Assembly: GCA_947507965.1 (NCBI GenBank) | Contig: CANNQU010000004.1 | Location: 15,652 to 79,651, forward strand | Length of the DNA stretch: 64,000 nucleotides | Direction: 5' to 3' | Origin: Bacteroidota bacterium | GTDB lineage: Bacteria > Bacteroidota > Bacteroidia > UKL13-3 | Shown: piece after piece, positions 48,344 through 58,084 of the stretch | How positions within the stretch are numbered: position 1 is the first letter of the stretch | Layout: every line of letters begins with the position of its first letter | Made by a program: the position numbers and the translations under genes | The notes under the pieces: model-generated | The model's input: the letters and a program-made list of their open reading frames with translations, nothing else | What the model was told of the DNA's origin: nothing | The model's database searches: none

Positions 48344-49417
48344 CTATTTTATTGTTATTTGTGTTTTTATGGGATAGTGATCGCTAAATTTTTTGGGTAT
48401 TATTTCGAAATTTTTCAGATCGAAACTCTGGCTGCCCATGATATAGTCGATTCTAAAGCTTGGGAAATCACCGGCATAACTCCTGCCTAGACCTATGCCG
48501 CCTTCAATAAAAGCATCTTTTAGCCCATCATTAATTTTAGCGTAAGCAAATGAAACGGGGGCATCGTTGAGGTCTCCACACACTATAACCTTGCCGGGGC
48601 TGTTTTTAATGGCTTCATGAACTAGTTTTGCTTGTTCTGCTCGCTGAATATAGGCCTCTCTCATTCGTGAGATAATAGATTTTGACTCATTTATAGTTTG
48701 ATCTCTATCATCACCAATATCTTTTAAAAAGTCGTAGTCTTTCTTTTTAAATCGAATGGATTGCAAATGCACGTCGAAAATTCGTACGTCTATACCGTCT
48801 ATTTCCACATCAATGAAGAGGGTGCTATTTCCGCTCGTTGTTGCATAGGGTATAACCCCTTTGTTTTTTATTGGATATTTCGAAAAAATAATGGTTCCAA
48901 CGCTATAGTTTTTATTGCCAGGATTCACCACATTAAAATATCGGAATTTTGTATGTAAAACCTCTGCCAATTTTTTCTCTACATTAATGTTCCAGTTACT
49001 ATTCGTACAGAACTCTTGCATACACAAAATATCGGGTTGCTCGTCGGCAATAAGGGTGATAATATCATCTCGCGAATTTTTGTTTTTGTCGAATCCAAAA
49101 TTCATCACATTATAGCTCATCACTTTTATTGCTTTCGTATCGGCGATTGATTTTTTATGATACTGAATGGTTCGACCGACAAAACTCCAGCCTGCAATAA
49201 TGGCCATAAGCGACATCATAAATTTTAGTTTGAGTTGAAAAGTCCACCAAAGAATGAGTAACAAATTTCCGAGTAGAATAAAAGGATAGGCCAGGCCAAA
49301 AAAGGCGGAGATGTAAAAGATTTCGGGATTGATATATATAGAGGAGTAACTTAAAAATAAGGCGGCGACAAACAACACATTGAACAGAAAGAATATAATA
49401 TTTAAAACTCTTCTCAC
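48344..49417 (-). CDS. Endonuclease/exonuclease/phosphatase family membrane protein
   Basis: N-terminal TMs; MSYNV, LCMQE, HLQS, CGDLND, RIDYI, SDHYP. Confidence 0.92.
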   Translation of the reverse strand: MRRVLNIIFFLFNVLFVAALFLSYSSIYINPEIFYISAFFGLAYPFILLGNLLLILWWTFQLKLKFMMSLMAIIAGWSFVGRTIQYHKKSIADTKAIKVMSYNVMNFGFDKNKNSRDDIITLIADEQPDILCMQEFCTNSNWNINVEKKLAEVLHTKFRYFNVVNPGNKNYSVGTIIFSKYPIKNKGVIPYATTSGNSTLFIDVEIDGIDVRIFDVHLQSIRFKKKDYDFLKDIGDDRDQTINESKSIISRMREAYIQRAEQAKLVHEAIKNSPGKVIVCGDLNDAPVSFAYAKINDGLKDAFIEGGIGLGRSYAGDFPSFRIDYIMGSQSFDLKNFEIIPKKFSDHYPIKTQITIK

Positions 49418-49471
49418 GACATCAAAGATAGCTATTTATTGATCCAGCCATCAGCTAATTTTGAAGGTGAT

Positions 49472-50803
49472 CTAGTGGTTTATATTTTTTAAAATTTGTA
49501 GCACCTGCTCATTGTTTGGCTCTATCTTAATGCGTTGTTCAATTAATGTATCCAGAATTTTATCGTTTATTTTTCCTTGTGCTAAGGCATTAGCGTATGG
49601 TTCTAAACTAAAGGTCACCAATTCGTACTGCGATTTAAAAAGGTGCCCATAATGTTCTGTTAGCTGGTGTTCAATTTTTTTACGATAGAGGAAGGCGGTA
49701 TCACCTACTTTGTCGCGCATCTCAATAAAATTTTGTTGTGCAAGGAAGGCGATAGCATCGGCATTGGGTTTGCGTAGCTTTTGGTATTCCTCAAAAATTT
49801 TAGTCCAGTCGTCGCCATAGTTTTCAATGCAATCATCTAATACGATACAATCTTCGAAGCTACAGTTCATCCCTTGTCCGTAAAAGGGTATTACGGCATG
49901 CGCAGCATCACCGATTAACGCAAGCTTATCCTGAAATACCCAAGGGAAGCATTTTACAGTAACCAAATTACCGACCGGGTTGACTTTAAAATTGTTTATG
50001 TAGTCAGGCATGAAGGGAACCGTGTCGGCAAAATTGGAGTTAAAAAAGGCTCGAATTTCCTCTTCGGTGTTAATGGCTGCAAAACTCGTTTCGCCCTCGA
50101 AGGGTAAGAACAACGTACACGTAAAGCTTTTATCGATATTGGGCAAAGCAATCATCATGAAACTGCCGCGGGGCCAAATATGTAAGCAGTTTTTATCGAA
50201 CGCGAATTCGTTGTTGGCGGTAGGAGGAATATGTAATTCTTTGTATCCATAATTTTCAAATTCCTGATCGTAATCAAAACGCTGAGAGAGCTGTAAATGG
50301 AGGCGTGTGGCAGCAAAAGCGCCATCCGATCCTATGAAGATATCGCTTTTTACTGTTGCTTTTTTTCCGTTTTCATCTTCAAAAACAGCTTCCGTGCAGG
50401 AGGTATTTAAATGAATACAACGCTGCCCGAAGTTTAGAGAAATGTTTTCATAATCGTCGGCCAGCTCAAGTAAACGAATATTTAATCCTCCTCGTGATAC
50501 GGAGTTGATAGCCTGCCCTTCTTTTCCATAAGGCTGGTAAGAAAGTTCACCCGTGACACGATGCATTAATCTCCCATTCATGGGTGTAGCGGTTTGTAAA
50601 ACAGCCTCATCTAACCCCACTTTTTTTAGGGCAGCAATCCCTCGGTTTGAAAGTGCCAGGTTGATGCTTTTGCCTTGATAGGAAGTCGAAATTCTGGGGT
50701 CAGGACGACGTTCATAAACGGAAATGTTATAGCCACGTTTTGCAAGGAATATAGCCAACAAAGAGCCGGATAGTCCACCACCGATAAGAGTTATATTTTT
50801 CAT
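49472..50803 (-). CDS. kmo: Kynurenine 3-monooxygenase
   Basis: GGGLSG, SINLALS.RG, LHIWPRG.FMMIALPN.D.SFTCTLF, GDAAHA..PFYGQGMN..FED. Start placed at ATG 50803 because TACTTTTG spans 50816-50823. Confidence 0.93.
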   Translation of the reverse strand: MKNITLIGGGLSGSLLAIFLAKRGYNISVYERRPDPRISTSYQGKSINLALSNRGIAALKKVGLDEAVLQTATPMNGRLMHRVTGELSYQPYGKEGQAINSVSRGGLNIRLLELADDYENISLNFGQRCIHLNTSCTEAVFEDENGKKATVKSDIFIGSDGAFAATRLHLQLSQRFDYDQEFENYGYKELHIPPTANNEFAFDKNCLHIWPRGSFMMIALPNIDKSFTCTLFLPFEGETSFAAINTEEEIRAFFNSNFADTVPFMPDYINNFKVNPVGNLVTVKCFPWVFQDKLALIGDAAHAVIPFYGQGMNCSFEDCIVLDDCIENYGDDWTKIFEEYQKLRKPNADAIAFLAQQNFIEMRDKVGDTAFLYRKKIEHQLTEHYGHLFKSQYELVTFSLEPYANALAQGKINDKILDTLIEQRIKIEPNNEQVLQILKNINH

Positions 50804-50901
50804 TTTTACAGAATGCAAAAGTAATTAAAAGGCATATTAAAAAGCAGTACCGTTATTGATCTTTGGCAACAGAGAATAGGGAGCAGAAGGCCCATCACCA
50901 A

Positions 50902-53343
50902 TTACTCGTGAATATAAACTCGCTTAATTCGTTGCGAGAGCGCTGAAAGTATTTCATACGAAATTGTTTTTGCGTCGGCAGCTACCGTTGTTACTGGCAA
51001 GGCACCACCGAAGGCGATAACTTCATCTCCTTCACTGCAGGGGATATCGGTTATGTCCACCATGGCCATATCCATACAGATGCTTCCAATGATGGCTGCT
51101 CTTTTTCCATGAATTAGAAAACCGCCATTGCCATTTCCCAATGCTCGATTTAAGCCATCAGCATAGCCGATCGGTACGGTAGCAATGCGCCGGGCTTTAT
51201 CGGCAATATATCGACGGTTATAACTAACGCTATCGCCAGCAACGAGGTTTTTTATTTGGGAGATAGTAGATTTTAGTGTACTCGCAGGACGCAGCTGTGT
51301 CGTTAGCGTATCGGTAGGGTCGATGCCGTATAACCCAATGCCTAATCGTACCATATCAAACTGCGCAAGCTCCGCCCAACGGGTTATTCCTGACGAGTTT
51401 AGGATATGGCCTAATACCTCTGGATTTCTTGCTTTGACTTTTTCGAAGATTAGTTTAAACAATTCAATTTGTTGCAATGTAAACGCATCCTCTTTTTCAT
51501 CATCCGCAGAGGAGAGGTGAGAGAATACACTCTTTATTTTTATATGCGTGTTGCGATTTAAAAAAGTTAAAATGGCATCGGTTTCGTTAGCCTCAAAGCC
51601 AAGGCGGTGCATGCCTGTTTCAAACTCCAAATGCACCTCTATTTTTTCATTGGCAAAAAGTGCTAGATGATGTAATTGTGATAAAGAATAAACAGCAGGC
51701 TCCAAATGATAATGTACCAGTAATTCAAAACTTTTCTCCTCTGTATTCATTACCATAATAGGAAGTGTGACGCCTGCGTTTCTTAAAAGTACTCCTTCAT
51801 CGGCGTAGGCCACAGCCAAGTAGTCGGCTTTATGGAACTGAAGAAGAGAGGCAATTTCATTGCTTCCGCTCCCATAAGAAAAAGCTTTAACCATCACCAT
51901 CATTTTTGTTTTTTCATTTACCCGTTTTTTATACGTATGAAAATTATGTGCGATGGCGTCTAAATTAATTTCAAGGCATGTAGTATGGCGCTGTGCAGCA
52001 AGCGCTTGCGCTATCGCTTCGAACTGAAAGTTACGAGCCCCTTTTAGTAAAATTAAGCTGTTATTAAAGTGAATCGAATGGGATGTAATCGCACGAATAA
52101 AATCATGCGTTGTGGGGAAGAAAGAGGTGGGTAGAGAAAACGCATTACTATGTTTTGTTATTTCTGCACCAATGCCGATGAGTTCGGTAATCTCAAAGGC
52201 TTTCAAAAACTGTCCTACTTCATTATAAAGGGCCTCTGGGTTTTTACTGTTTTGCAGTAAATCAGACATGATGACAATTTTTTTCCCTTTATGCAATTGT
52301 TTATTCATAAACCCTAATGCATTTTTTAATGAACTAAGATCAGCATTGTAGGCATCATTTATAAGCACATTATTTTCATTGCCACGTTGTAAGGAAAGGC
52401 GCATTTCTACCGCTTGAAGCGTGAGCATGTGCTTGGCAATTTCGCTATTACTAATATTCAATAGCAAGCAAATCCCCAAACAGGTGATACTGTTTTCTAT
52501 TGAAGCATCATCGGTAAAAGGAATAGATAAAGTATATTCTACCTGATTATGAAGGTAAGATATTTTGGTTTGCAACGGCTCCGTTTCAATGCCTGAAATA
52601 TATAAAGAGGCGTCGTTATCTTCTTTGCTCCACGTGTAGGCTTGCTGTGCAGGATTTAAGTAACTCTTGTACCGATGGTTTAAAACGACGGTTTTACATT
52701 GTTCAAATAGTTTGAACTTTTCTTTTATTTTTTGATCGATGGATTCAAAACCTTCATTATGGGCATCGCCCAAGGTGGTAAAAACGCCCAAGGTAGGAGC
52801 AATAACTTTTTGAAGTTTCTGCATCTCGTTTGGCATTGAAATGCCTGCCTCAAAGATTCCGATGGTGTGCTCTGAATTTAAATGCCATACACTCAACGGA
52901 ACACCCACTTGTGAGTTATAACTTCCAGGACTTTTTAAAACGTTATATTCTTCCTCCAACAATACACTTAACCATTCTTTTACCATTGTTTTGCCATTGC
53001 TACCTGCTATGCCGATGACCGGAATTTTAAATTGTTGTCGATGAAAGGCTGCCATTTGCTGCAGTGCCAAGGTGGTATTTTGCACCAATAAGATATTCGA
53101 ATTAGGATAAGAAGATATGTCGATAACCTCATCAATAATAAAATTTCGCAGCCCTTTATGATAGGCGTCGTCAAAATAGTTATTACCGTTAAAATGCGCT
53201 CCACGCAGAGCGACAAAGAGACCATCATCTCCGGCATTAATTATTTGCCGACTATCAGTAAAGAGATGCTTTATTGAAAAATTATGATGCCGAGAAAGAA
53301 CCTGTGCGGTAGTAATTTCGGCTATTTTGGATAGGAGAAGCAT
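50902..53343 (-). CDS. alr: Bifunctional MurF-like ligase / alanine racemase
   Basis: GSNGKT and INDAYN (Mur ligase); MVKAFSYGSG, TGMHRLG, VRLGIGLYG, PIGYADG and CMDM (Alr). Confidence 0.94.
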   Translation of the reverse strand: MLLLSKIAEITTAQVLSRHHNFSIKHLFTDSRQIINAGDDGLFVALRGAHFNGNNYFDDAYHKGLRNFIIDEVIDISSYPNSNILLVQNTTLALQQMAAFHRQQFKIPVIGIAGSNGKTMVKEWLSVLLEEEYNVLKSPGSYNSQVGVPLSVWHLNSEHTIGIFEAGISMPNEMQKLQKVIAPTLGVFTTLGDAHNEGFESIDQKIKEKFKLFEQCKTVVLNHRYKSYLNPAQQAYTWSKEDNDASLYISGIETEPLQTKISYLHNQVEYTLSIPFTDDASIENSITCLGICLLLNISNSEIAKHMLTLQAVEMRLSLQRGNENNVLINDAYNADLSSLKNALGFMNKQLHKGKKIVIMSDLLQNSKNPEALYNEVGQFLKAFEITELIGIGAEITKHSNAFSLPTSFFPTTHDFIRAITSHSIHFNNSLILLKGARNFQFEAIAQALAAQRHTTCLEINLDAIAHNFHTYKKRVNEKTKMMVMVKAFSYGSGSNEIASLLQFHKADYLAVAYADEGVLLRNAGVTLPIMVMNTEEKSFELLVHYHLEPAVYSLSQLHHLALFANEKIEVHLEFETGMHRLGFEANETDAILTFLNRNTHIKIKSVFSHLSSADDEKEDAFTLQQIELFKLIFEKVKARNPEVLGHILNSSGITRWAELAQFDMVRLGIGLYGIDPTDTLTTQLRPASTLKSTISQIKNLVAGDSVSYNRRYIADKARRIATVPIGYADGLNRALGNGNGGFLIHGKRAAIIGSICMDMAMVDITDIPCSEGDEVIAFGGALPVTTVAADAKTISYEILSALSQRIKRVYIHE

Positions 53344-53442
53344 GATAAAGCGAAAGTAGTAAATTATTATTTAAGGGTTAGCCGTTGGTGAATAAGGCAA
53401 TTGCCGTTATGACTCGTTTTTTGCTTTGTTATCGGCAATTTT

Positions 53443-54945
53443 TCACATCGACAAAATATCCTCGAGTACGTTTCGGTCATTGCTTAAGCGAGGCACTTTG
53501 TTTTGTCCACCAAGCTTACCTTTTTTATTCAACCAATTATAAAAGGTGCCTTTTGGCATTTTGTGAATTACCGGGGGTTTCATCGCGATATTATTATAAC
53601 GTTTGGCTTCATAATCGCTGTTTCGCTCTTTTAATGTATCATCTAAAACTTGGCTAAACAGAGTGAAGTTTTCGGGCTCTTTTTCAAATTCTATAAGCCA
53701 TTCGTGTCCCGCATCTTGGTTTTCTGAGAAATATTTTGGTGCCGCGGTATATTCTTTCACACAACAATCACTTGCATCGCAAGCCGCTTTAATGGCATGC
53801 TCCGCGTTCTCAATCATCAGCTCCTCACCAAAAGCATTGATAAACAAACGAGTACGTCCTGTAATTTTAATACGAAAAGGATTTAGTGATGTAAATCGAA
53901 CGGTATCACCAACGATATAACGCCACAATCCAGCGTTAGTACTTATTACGAGGGCATATACTTCATCCAATTTTACTTCCTCCAGGCTTAAAAGTTTAGG
54001 GTGTTCTTTTCCGTATTGATTGATCGGCATGAACTCATAATAAATATCGTAGTCGGGCATCAAAAACAATTCATCGGCAGTAGATAAGTCCTGCATTCCA
54101 AAAAAACCCTCACTCGCATTGTAGTTCTCTAAAAAATTAATAGGCTTCCCGGCTAATTTTAAAAACCTCTCCTTATAGGGTATAAAACCCACCCCGCCAT
54201 GGATATATAATTCAAGATTAGGCCATACCTCAGCAATTGTTTTGGCCCCCGTTGCTTGTAGTATTCTTTCCATTAAAACAATGGTCCAGGTAGGAACCCC
54301 GGTTATACTCGTTATATTTTCCTTAATGGTGGTTGATACGATTCGCTCTAATTTTTCTTCCCAGTTACTTAGCAAAGCGATATCATTTTTTGGTGCTCTT
54401 AAAATTTCTCCTAAGAAAGGCATGTTTTCCAGAAGTACAGCCGACAGATCACCAAAGAAAATATCTTCATTCATGTTATTTACTTGATGACTACCACCAA
54501 GAACCAACCCTTTTCCACTAAATATTTCCGTGTTTTCGAAACGACTACAATAATTTGTTAGTACATCTTTACCGGCGCGAAAATGGCATAATTCTAATGA
54601 TTCAAAACTCACCGGAATGAATTTGCTTTTATCGTTTGTCGTACCACTGCTTTTGGCGAACCATTTGATGTCGCTTCCCCATAATATATTTTGTTCTCCA
54701 CGCATCATTCGCTCGATATATGGATATAACGATTCGTAGGTATTGATAGGAATCTTCTCCCGAAAGCTAAATATGGTAGCACAGTTTTCGAAATCATATT
54801 TTCTTCCATATTCACTATCTTCGGCCGTCTTCAATAATTTCTTGCGAATATTTTCTTGTAACTCAGGGGCATGACTTTGCATATATTCCAACTGGCTGGA
54901 ACGTGTTTTAAAATACCAAGAGATGACCGAGTTAAAAATTGCCAT
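53443..54945 (-). CDS. GH3 auxin-responsive-promoter family (acyl-adenylate amido synthetase-like) protein
   Basis: AKSSGTT..KSK.IP, YNASEG, GLWRY.VGD, GRT, GGQNKVPRL; probable start at ATG 54945. Confidence 0.9.
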   Translation of the reverse strand: MAIFNSVISWYFKTRSSQLEYMQSHAPELQENIRKKLLKTAEDSEYGRKYDFENCATIFSFREKIPINTYESLYPYIERMMRGEQNILWGSDIKWFAKSSGTTNDKSKFIPVSFESLELCHFRAGKDVLTNYCSRFENTEIFSGKGLVLGGSHQVNNMNEDIFFGDLSAVLLENMPFLGEILRAPKNDIALLSNWEEKLERIVSTTIKENITSITGVPTWTIVLMERILQATGAKTIAEVWPNLELYIHGGVGFIPYKERFLKLAGKPINFLENYNASEGFFGMQDLSTADELFLMPDYDIYYEFMPINQYGKEHPKLLSLEEVKLDEVYALVISTNAGLWRYIVGDTVRFTSLNPFRIKITGRTRLFINAFGEELMIENAEHAIKAACDASDCCVKEYTAAPKYFSENQDAGHEWLIEFEKEPENFTLFSQVLDDTLKERNSDYEAKRYNNIAMKPPVIHKMPKGTFYNWLNKKGKLGGQNKVPRLSNDRNVLEDILSM

Positions 54946-55070
54946 AAATAAATTCGGTATAAAAATAGTACTAAAAATTGATAATGAGGGATTGATAATG
55001 GACAATTCATCCAAAATGTATCAAACATGTAATTTGCTAATAACTGTTTACTCTTTATTACTTTTGCCAG

Positions 55071-56513
55071 ATGCAGCGCATTTTAAATTTTATTAACGGA
55101 GAATATATAGAGCCGATTTCAAAACAATATTTGAAGGGTTTTAATCCGGCTCTTGGTATGGTATATAGTGAAGTGCCGGATAGCGATGAGCGCGATGTGG
55201 AGCTTGCAGTAAGCGCTTCAAAAGAGGCACTTGCGAAATGGGGTAGCACTACTCAAGAGCAGCGCAGCGAAGTGTTGTTGCGTATTGCAAATGGTATTGA
55301 AGCTAGAATGGAAGAGTTTGCCTTGGCCGAAACCAACGACCAAGGGAAACCACTTTGGCTGAGTAAGGCGATGGATATTCCACGTGCGGTAAGCAATCTG
55401 AAATTTTACGCTAATGCAGCACTTCATTTAAATGGGGAGTTTCATCAAACCGACCAGCATATTTTTAATTATACGCTTCGGTCGCCGATAGGAGTTGTTG
55501 GTTGTATAAGTCCTTGGAATTTGCCTTTATATTTATTTACCTGGAAAATTGCACCGGCGCTGGCCATGGGTAATTGTGTGATAGCCAAGCCTTCGGAAAT
55601 AACGCCCATGACGGCATCGATGCTTGGTGAAGTGTGCAATGCGGCTGGATTACCCAAAGGTGTATTAAACATCATTCACGGGCTTGGTGCAAAAGTGGGG
55701 AGTGCGATGACGAAGCATTTCGATATAAAAGCAATTTCTTTTACTGGCGGCACAAAAACAGGAGCGGAGATTTCGCGTGTGGCTGCGCCTATGTTTAAGA
55801 AAATGAGTTTAGAGCTTGGAGGAAAAAACCCTAATCTTATTTTCGATGATTGCAATTTTGAGAAAACCGTAAAGATTAGTGTCGCAGCGGCATTCACCAA
55901 CCAGGGCGAAATTTGTTTGTGTGGATCAAGAATATTTATTCAGGACACCATTTATGAAAAATTTAAAAGTGCATTCATGGAAGAGGTGAAAAAACGTACC
56001 GTTGGCGATCCGTTGAACGACAGCTCGAAACTAGGCGCTATCGCATCCAAAGAGCATTTTGAAAAAATACTTTCGTATATAGCACTAGCAAAACAGGAGG
56101 GAGGTGAAATTATTTTAGGTGGTGGAGCTGTAATGGTGGAAGGAAGATGTCGACAGGGCTGGTTTATTGCACCTACCATTATTGAAGGGTTATCGTATGA
56201 TTGTCGTATTAATCAAGAAGAAATATTTGGACCGGTAGTAACCCTGGTACCGTTTACTACCGAAGCAGAAGTTATTATGATGGCCAATAGTACCCCATTT
56301 GGTTTAGCTAGCACGATTTTTACTGAAAATCTTTCGAGAGCTCACCGGGTAGCAGCTAAAATGGAAAGTGGTATTGTATGGATTAACTGTTGGCTAGAAC
56401 GCGATTTGCGTACTCCTTTCGGAGGAGTAAAACAAAGTGGTGTAGGTCGGGAAGGCGGCTTTGAGGCATTAAAGTTTTTTACTGAAGAGAAAAATGTATG
56501 TGTGAAGATTTAA
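55071..56513 (+). CDS. Aldehyde dehydrogenase, 2-aminomuconate-semialdehyde dehydrogenase (ALDH8-like)
   Basis: SPWNLPLYLFTWKIAPA, FTGGT, LELGGKN, NQGEICLCGSR, NCWL.RDLRTPFGG; kmo nearby. Confidence 0.85.
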   Translation: MQRILNFINGEYIEPISKQYLKGFNPALGMVYSEVPDSDERDVELAVSASKEALAKWGSTTQEQRSEVLLRIANGIEARMEEFALAETNDQGKPLWLSKAMDIPRAVSNLKFYANAALHLNGEFHQTDQHIFNYTLRSPIGVVGCISPWNLPLYLFTWKIAPALAMGNCVIAKPSEITPMTASMLGEVCNAAGLPKGVLNIIHGLGAKVGSAMTKHFDIKAISFTGGTKTGAEISRVAAPMFKKMSLELGGKNPNLIFDDCNFEKTVKISVAAAFTNQGEICLCGSRIFIQDTIYEKFKSAFMEEVKKRTVGDPLNDSSKLGAIASKEHFEKILSYIALAKQEGGEIILGGGAVMVEGRCRQGWFIAPTIIEGLSYDCRINQEEIFGPVVTLVPFTTEAEVIMMANSTPFGLASTIFTENLSRAHRVAAKMESGIVWINCWLERDLRTPFGGVKQSGVGREGGFEALKFFTEEKNVCVKI

Positions 56514-56593
56514 GTATTTTCCTTTAAGAAAAAGGAGTTCAATTCTAAGAGCGAGGTGAACGTATAACTCGAGGTAAATAGTGGAGCCATTAA

Positions 56594-56630
56594 AACAAAA
56601 AACCAGTAAGCGTGCTTACCGGTTTTTGTT
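56594..56630 (-). terminator. Intrinsic terminator of recA
   Basis: Minus strand ACCGGTAAGC-AC-GCTTACTGGT followed by a U-tract. Confidence 0.8.
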
Positions 56631-56653
56631 AGTCTAAATTAATACGTTATTCT

Positions 56654-57697
56654 TTATTCTACCTCTTGCTTCGTTTTGATGGTAGCTTGTGCTGCTGCAC
56701 GAATTTTATTCTCAATTTCAAGGCACATTTCTGGGTTGTCGTTAAGCATTTGTTTTACGGCATCACGTCCTTGTCCTATTTTTGTTTCATTATAGCTAAA
56801 CCAAGACCCAGCCTTTTTTATGATCTCGAAATCGACACCCAAATCCACAATCTCTCCAATTTTGCTTATCCCTTCGCCATAATTAATATCAAATTCCACC
56901 ACGCGAAAAGGAGGTGCTACTTTGTTTTTAGCTACTTTAACTTTCGTACGATTCCCTACTATTGCATCCCCATCTTTAATTTGCCCGATGCGGCGGATAT
57001 CCAACCGTACGGAAGCATAAAACTTCAGTGCATTACCACCGGTTGTTGTTTCAGGACTTCCGAACATTACCCCAATTTTATCACGTAACTGATTGATGAA
57101 GATACATACACAATTCGTTTTGTTAATGGAGCCCGTTAGTTTTCGCAAAGCCTGACTCATTAATCGGGCTTGCAACCCCATTTTGCTGTCGCCCATATCG
57201 CCTTCAATTTCAGCTTTCGGCACTAAAGCAGCTACCGAGTCGATTACAATAATGTCGATTGCGCCAGAGCGAATGAGATTATCGGCAATTTCTAATGCCT
57301 GCTCTCCGTTATCGGGTTGTGCAATTAATAAATTAGAGGTGTCTATTCCTAATTTTTCAGCATACGTTTTATCGAAAGCATGCTCTGCATCGATAAAAGC
57401 GGCCATGCCACCTTGTTTTTGGCACTCCGCAATGGCATGCATACTCAAGGTAGTTTTACCAGAACTTTCCGGACCGTAAATTTCAATTACCCGGCCCTTG
57501 GGCAATCCACCGACACCTAAAGCGATGTCCAGTCCAAGGGAGCCCGTAGGGATAACCTCTAGTGGTTCAATACGAGAATCGCTCATTCTCATTACCACTC
57601 CTTTACCATATTCTTTTTCCAGCTTTTCAATGGTGAGCTGTAAGGTTTTCAAACGTTCTTTAATGTCGTTTGATGCTTCTTTTGTTTCTTTTGCCAT
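56654..57697 (-). CDS. recA: Recombinase RecA
   Basis: [41 protein letters not shown]. Confidence 0.99.
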   Translation of the reverse strand: MAKETKEASNDIKERLKTLQLTIEKLEKEYGKGVVMRMSDSRIEPLEVIPTGSLGLDIALGVGGLPKGRVIEIYGPESSGKTTLSMHAIAECQKQGGMAAFIDAEHAFDKTYAEKLGIDTSNLLIAQPDNGEQALEIADNLIRSGAIDIIVIDSVAALVPKAEIEGDMGDSKMGLQARLMSQALRKLTGSINKTNCVCIFINQLRDKIGVMFGSPETTTGGNALKFYASVRLDIRRIGQIKDGDAIVGNRTKVKVAKNKVAPPFRVVEFDINYGEGISKIGEIVDLGVDFEIIKKAGSWFSYNETKIGQGRDAVKQMLNDNPEMCLEIENKIRAAAQATIKTKQEVE

Positions 57698-58084
57698 GAT
57701 AGAATAATATTAATAGTGTTTTTATTAGGTTGCAAAAATAGGAAGTATTATACCGCAAAAGTACCATGTTGAAAAATAGGTGCTAATTTTTTTAGCAGGT
57801 ATTTTTTGGTATCACGGGCGGTAAAAAGGGGTATCGAACGGCCTATAGAGGTAAACGTGATGCCTGTTTCGTCTTATAATCGTCATTCAATAACGTTGGA
57901 ATATTTTTCCACGATAATGGTTCCATTGACTAATGTTGGCCTTGGAGTGAATTGTAAATGGACGACTCAAGAATTACCAAGAGGAAGCTGATCAATGGTT
58001 AGATTTCAATTGAAGATGGAAGGGTTTTTAAATGATTACTATTCAAAATCTTCCTATATTTGAAATTGTTTTAAAAAGCTATTT

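Noticed and set aside
48249-56622. Shared CCGGTAA/TTACCGG stems in two hairpins as a REP-like family
   Set aside because: Only two short copies, both explained as terminators.
57698-58084. recA upstream region: 61-aa ORF, GGTATCACG/CGTGATGCC stem and possible SOS box
   Set aside because: No recognisable LexA site, no known RNA motif, and no coding signal.
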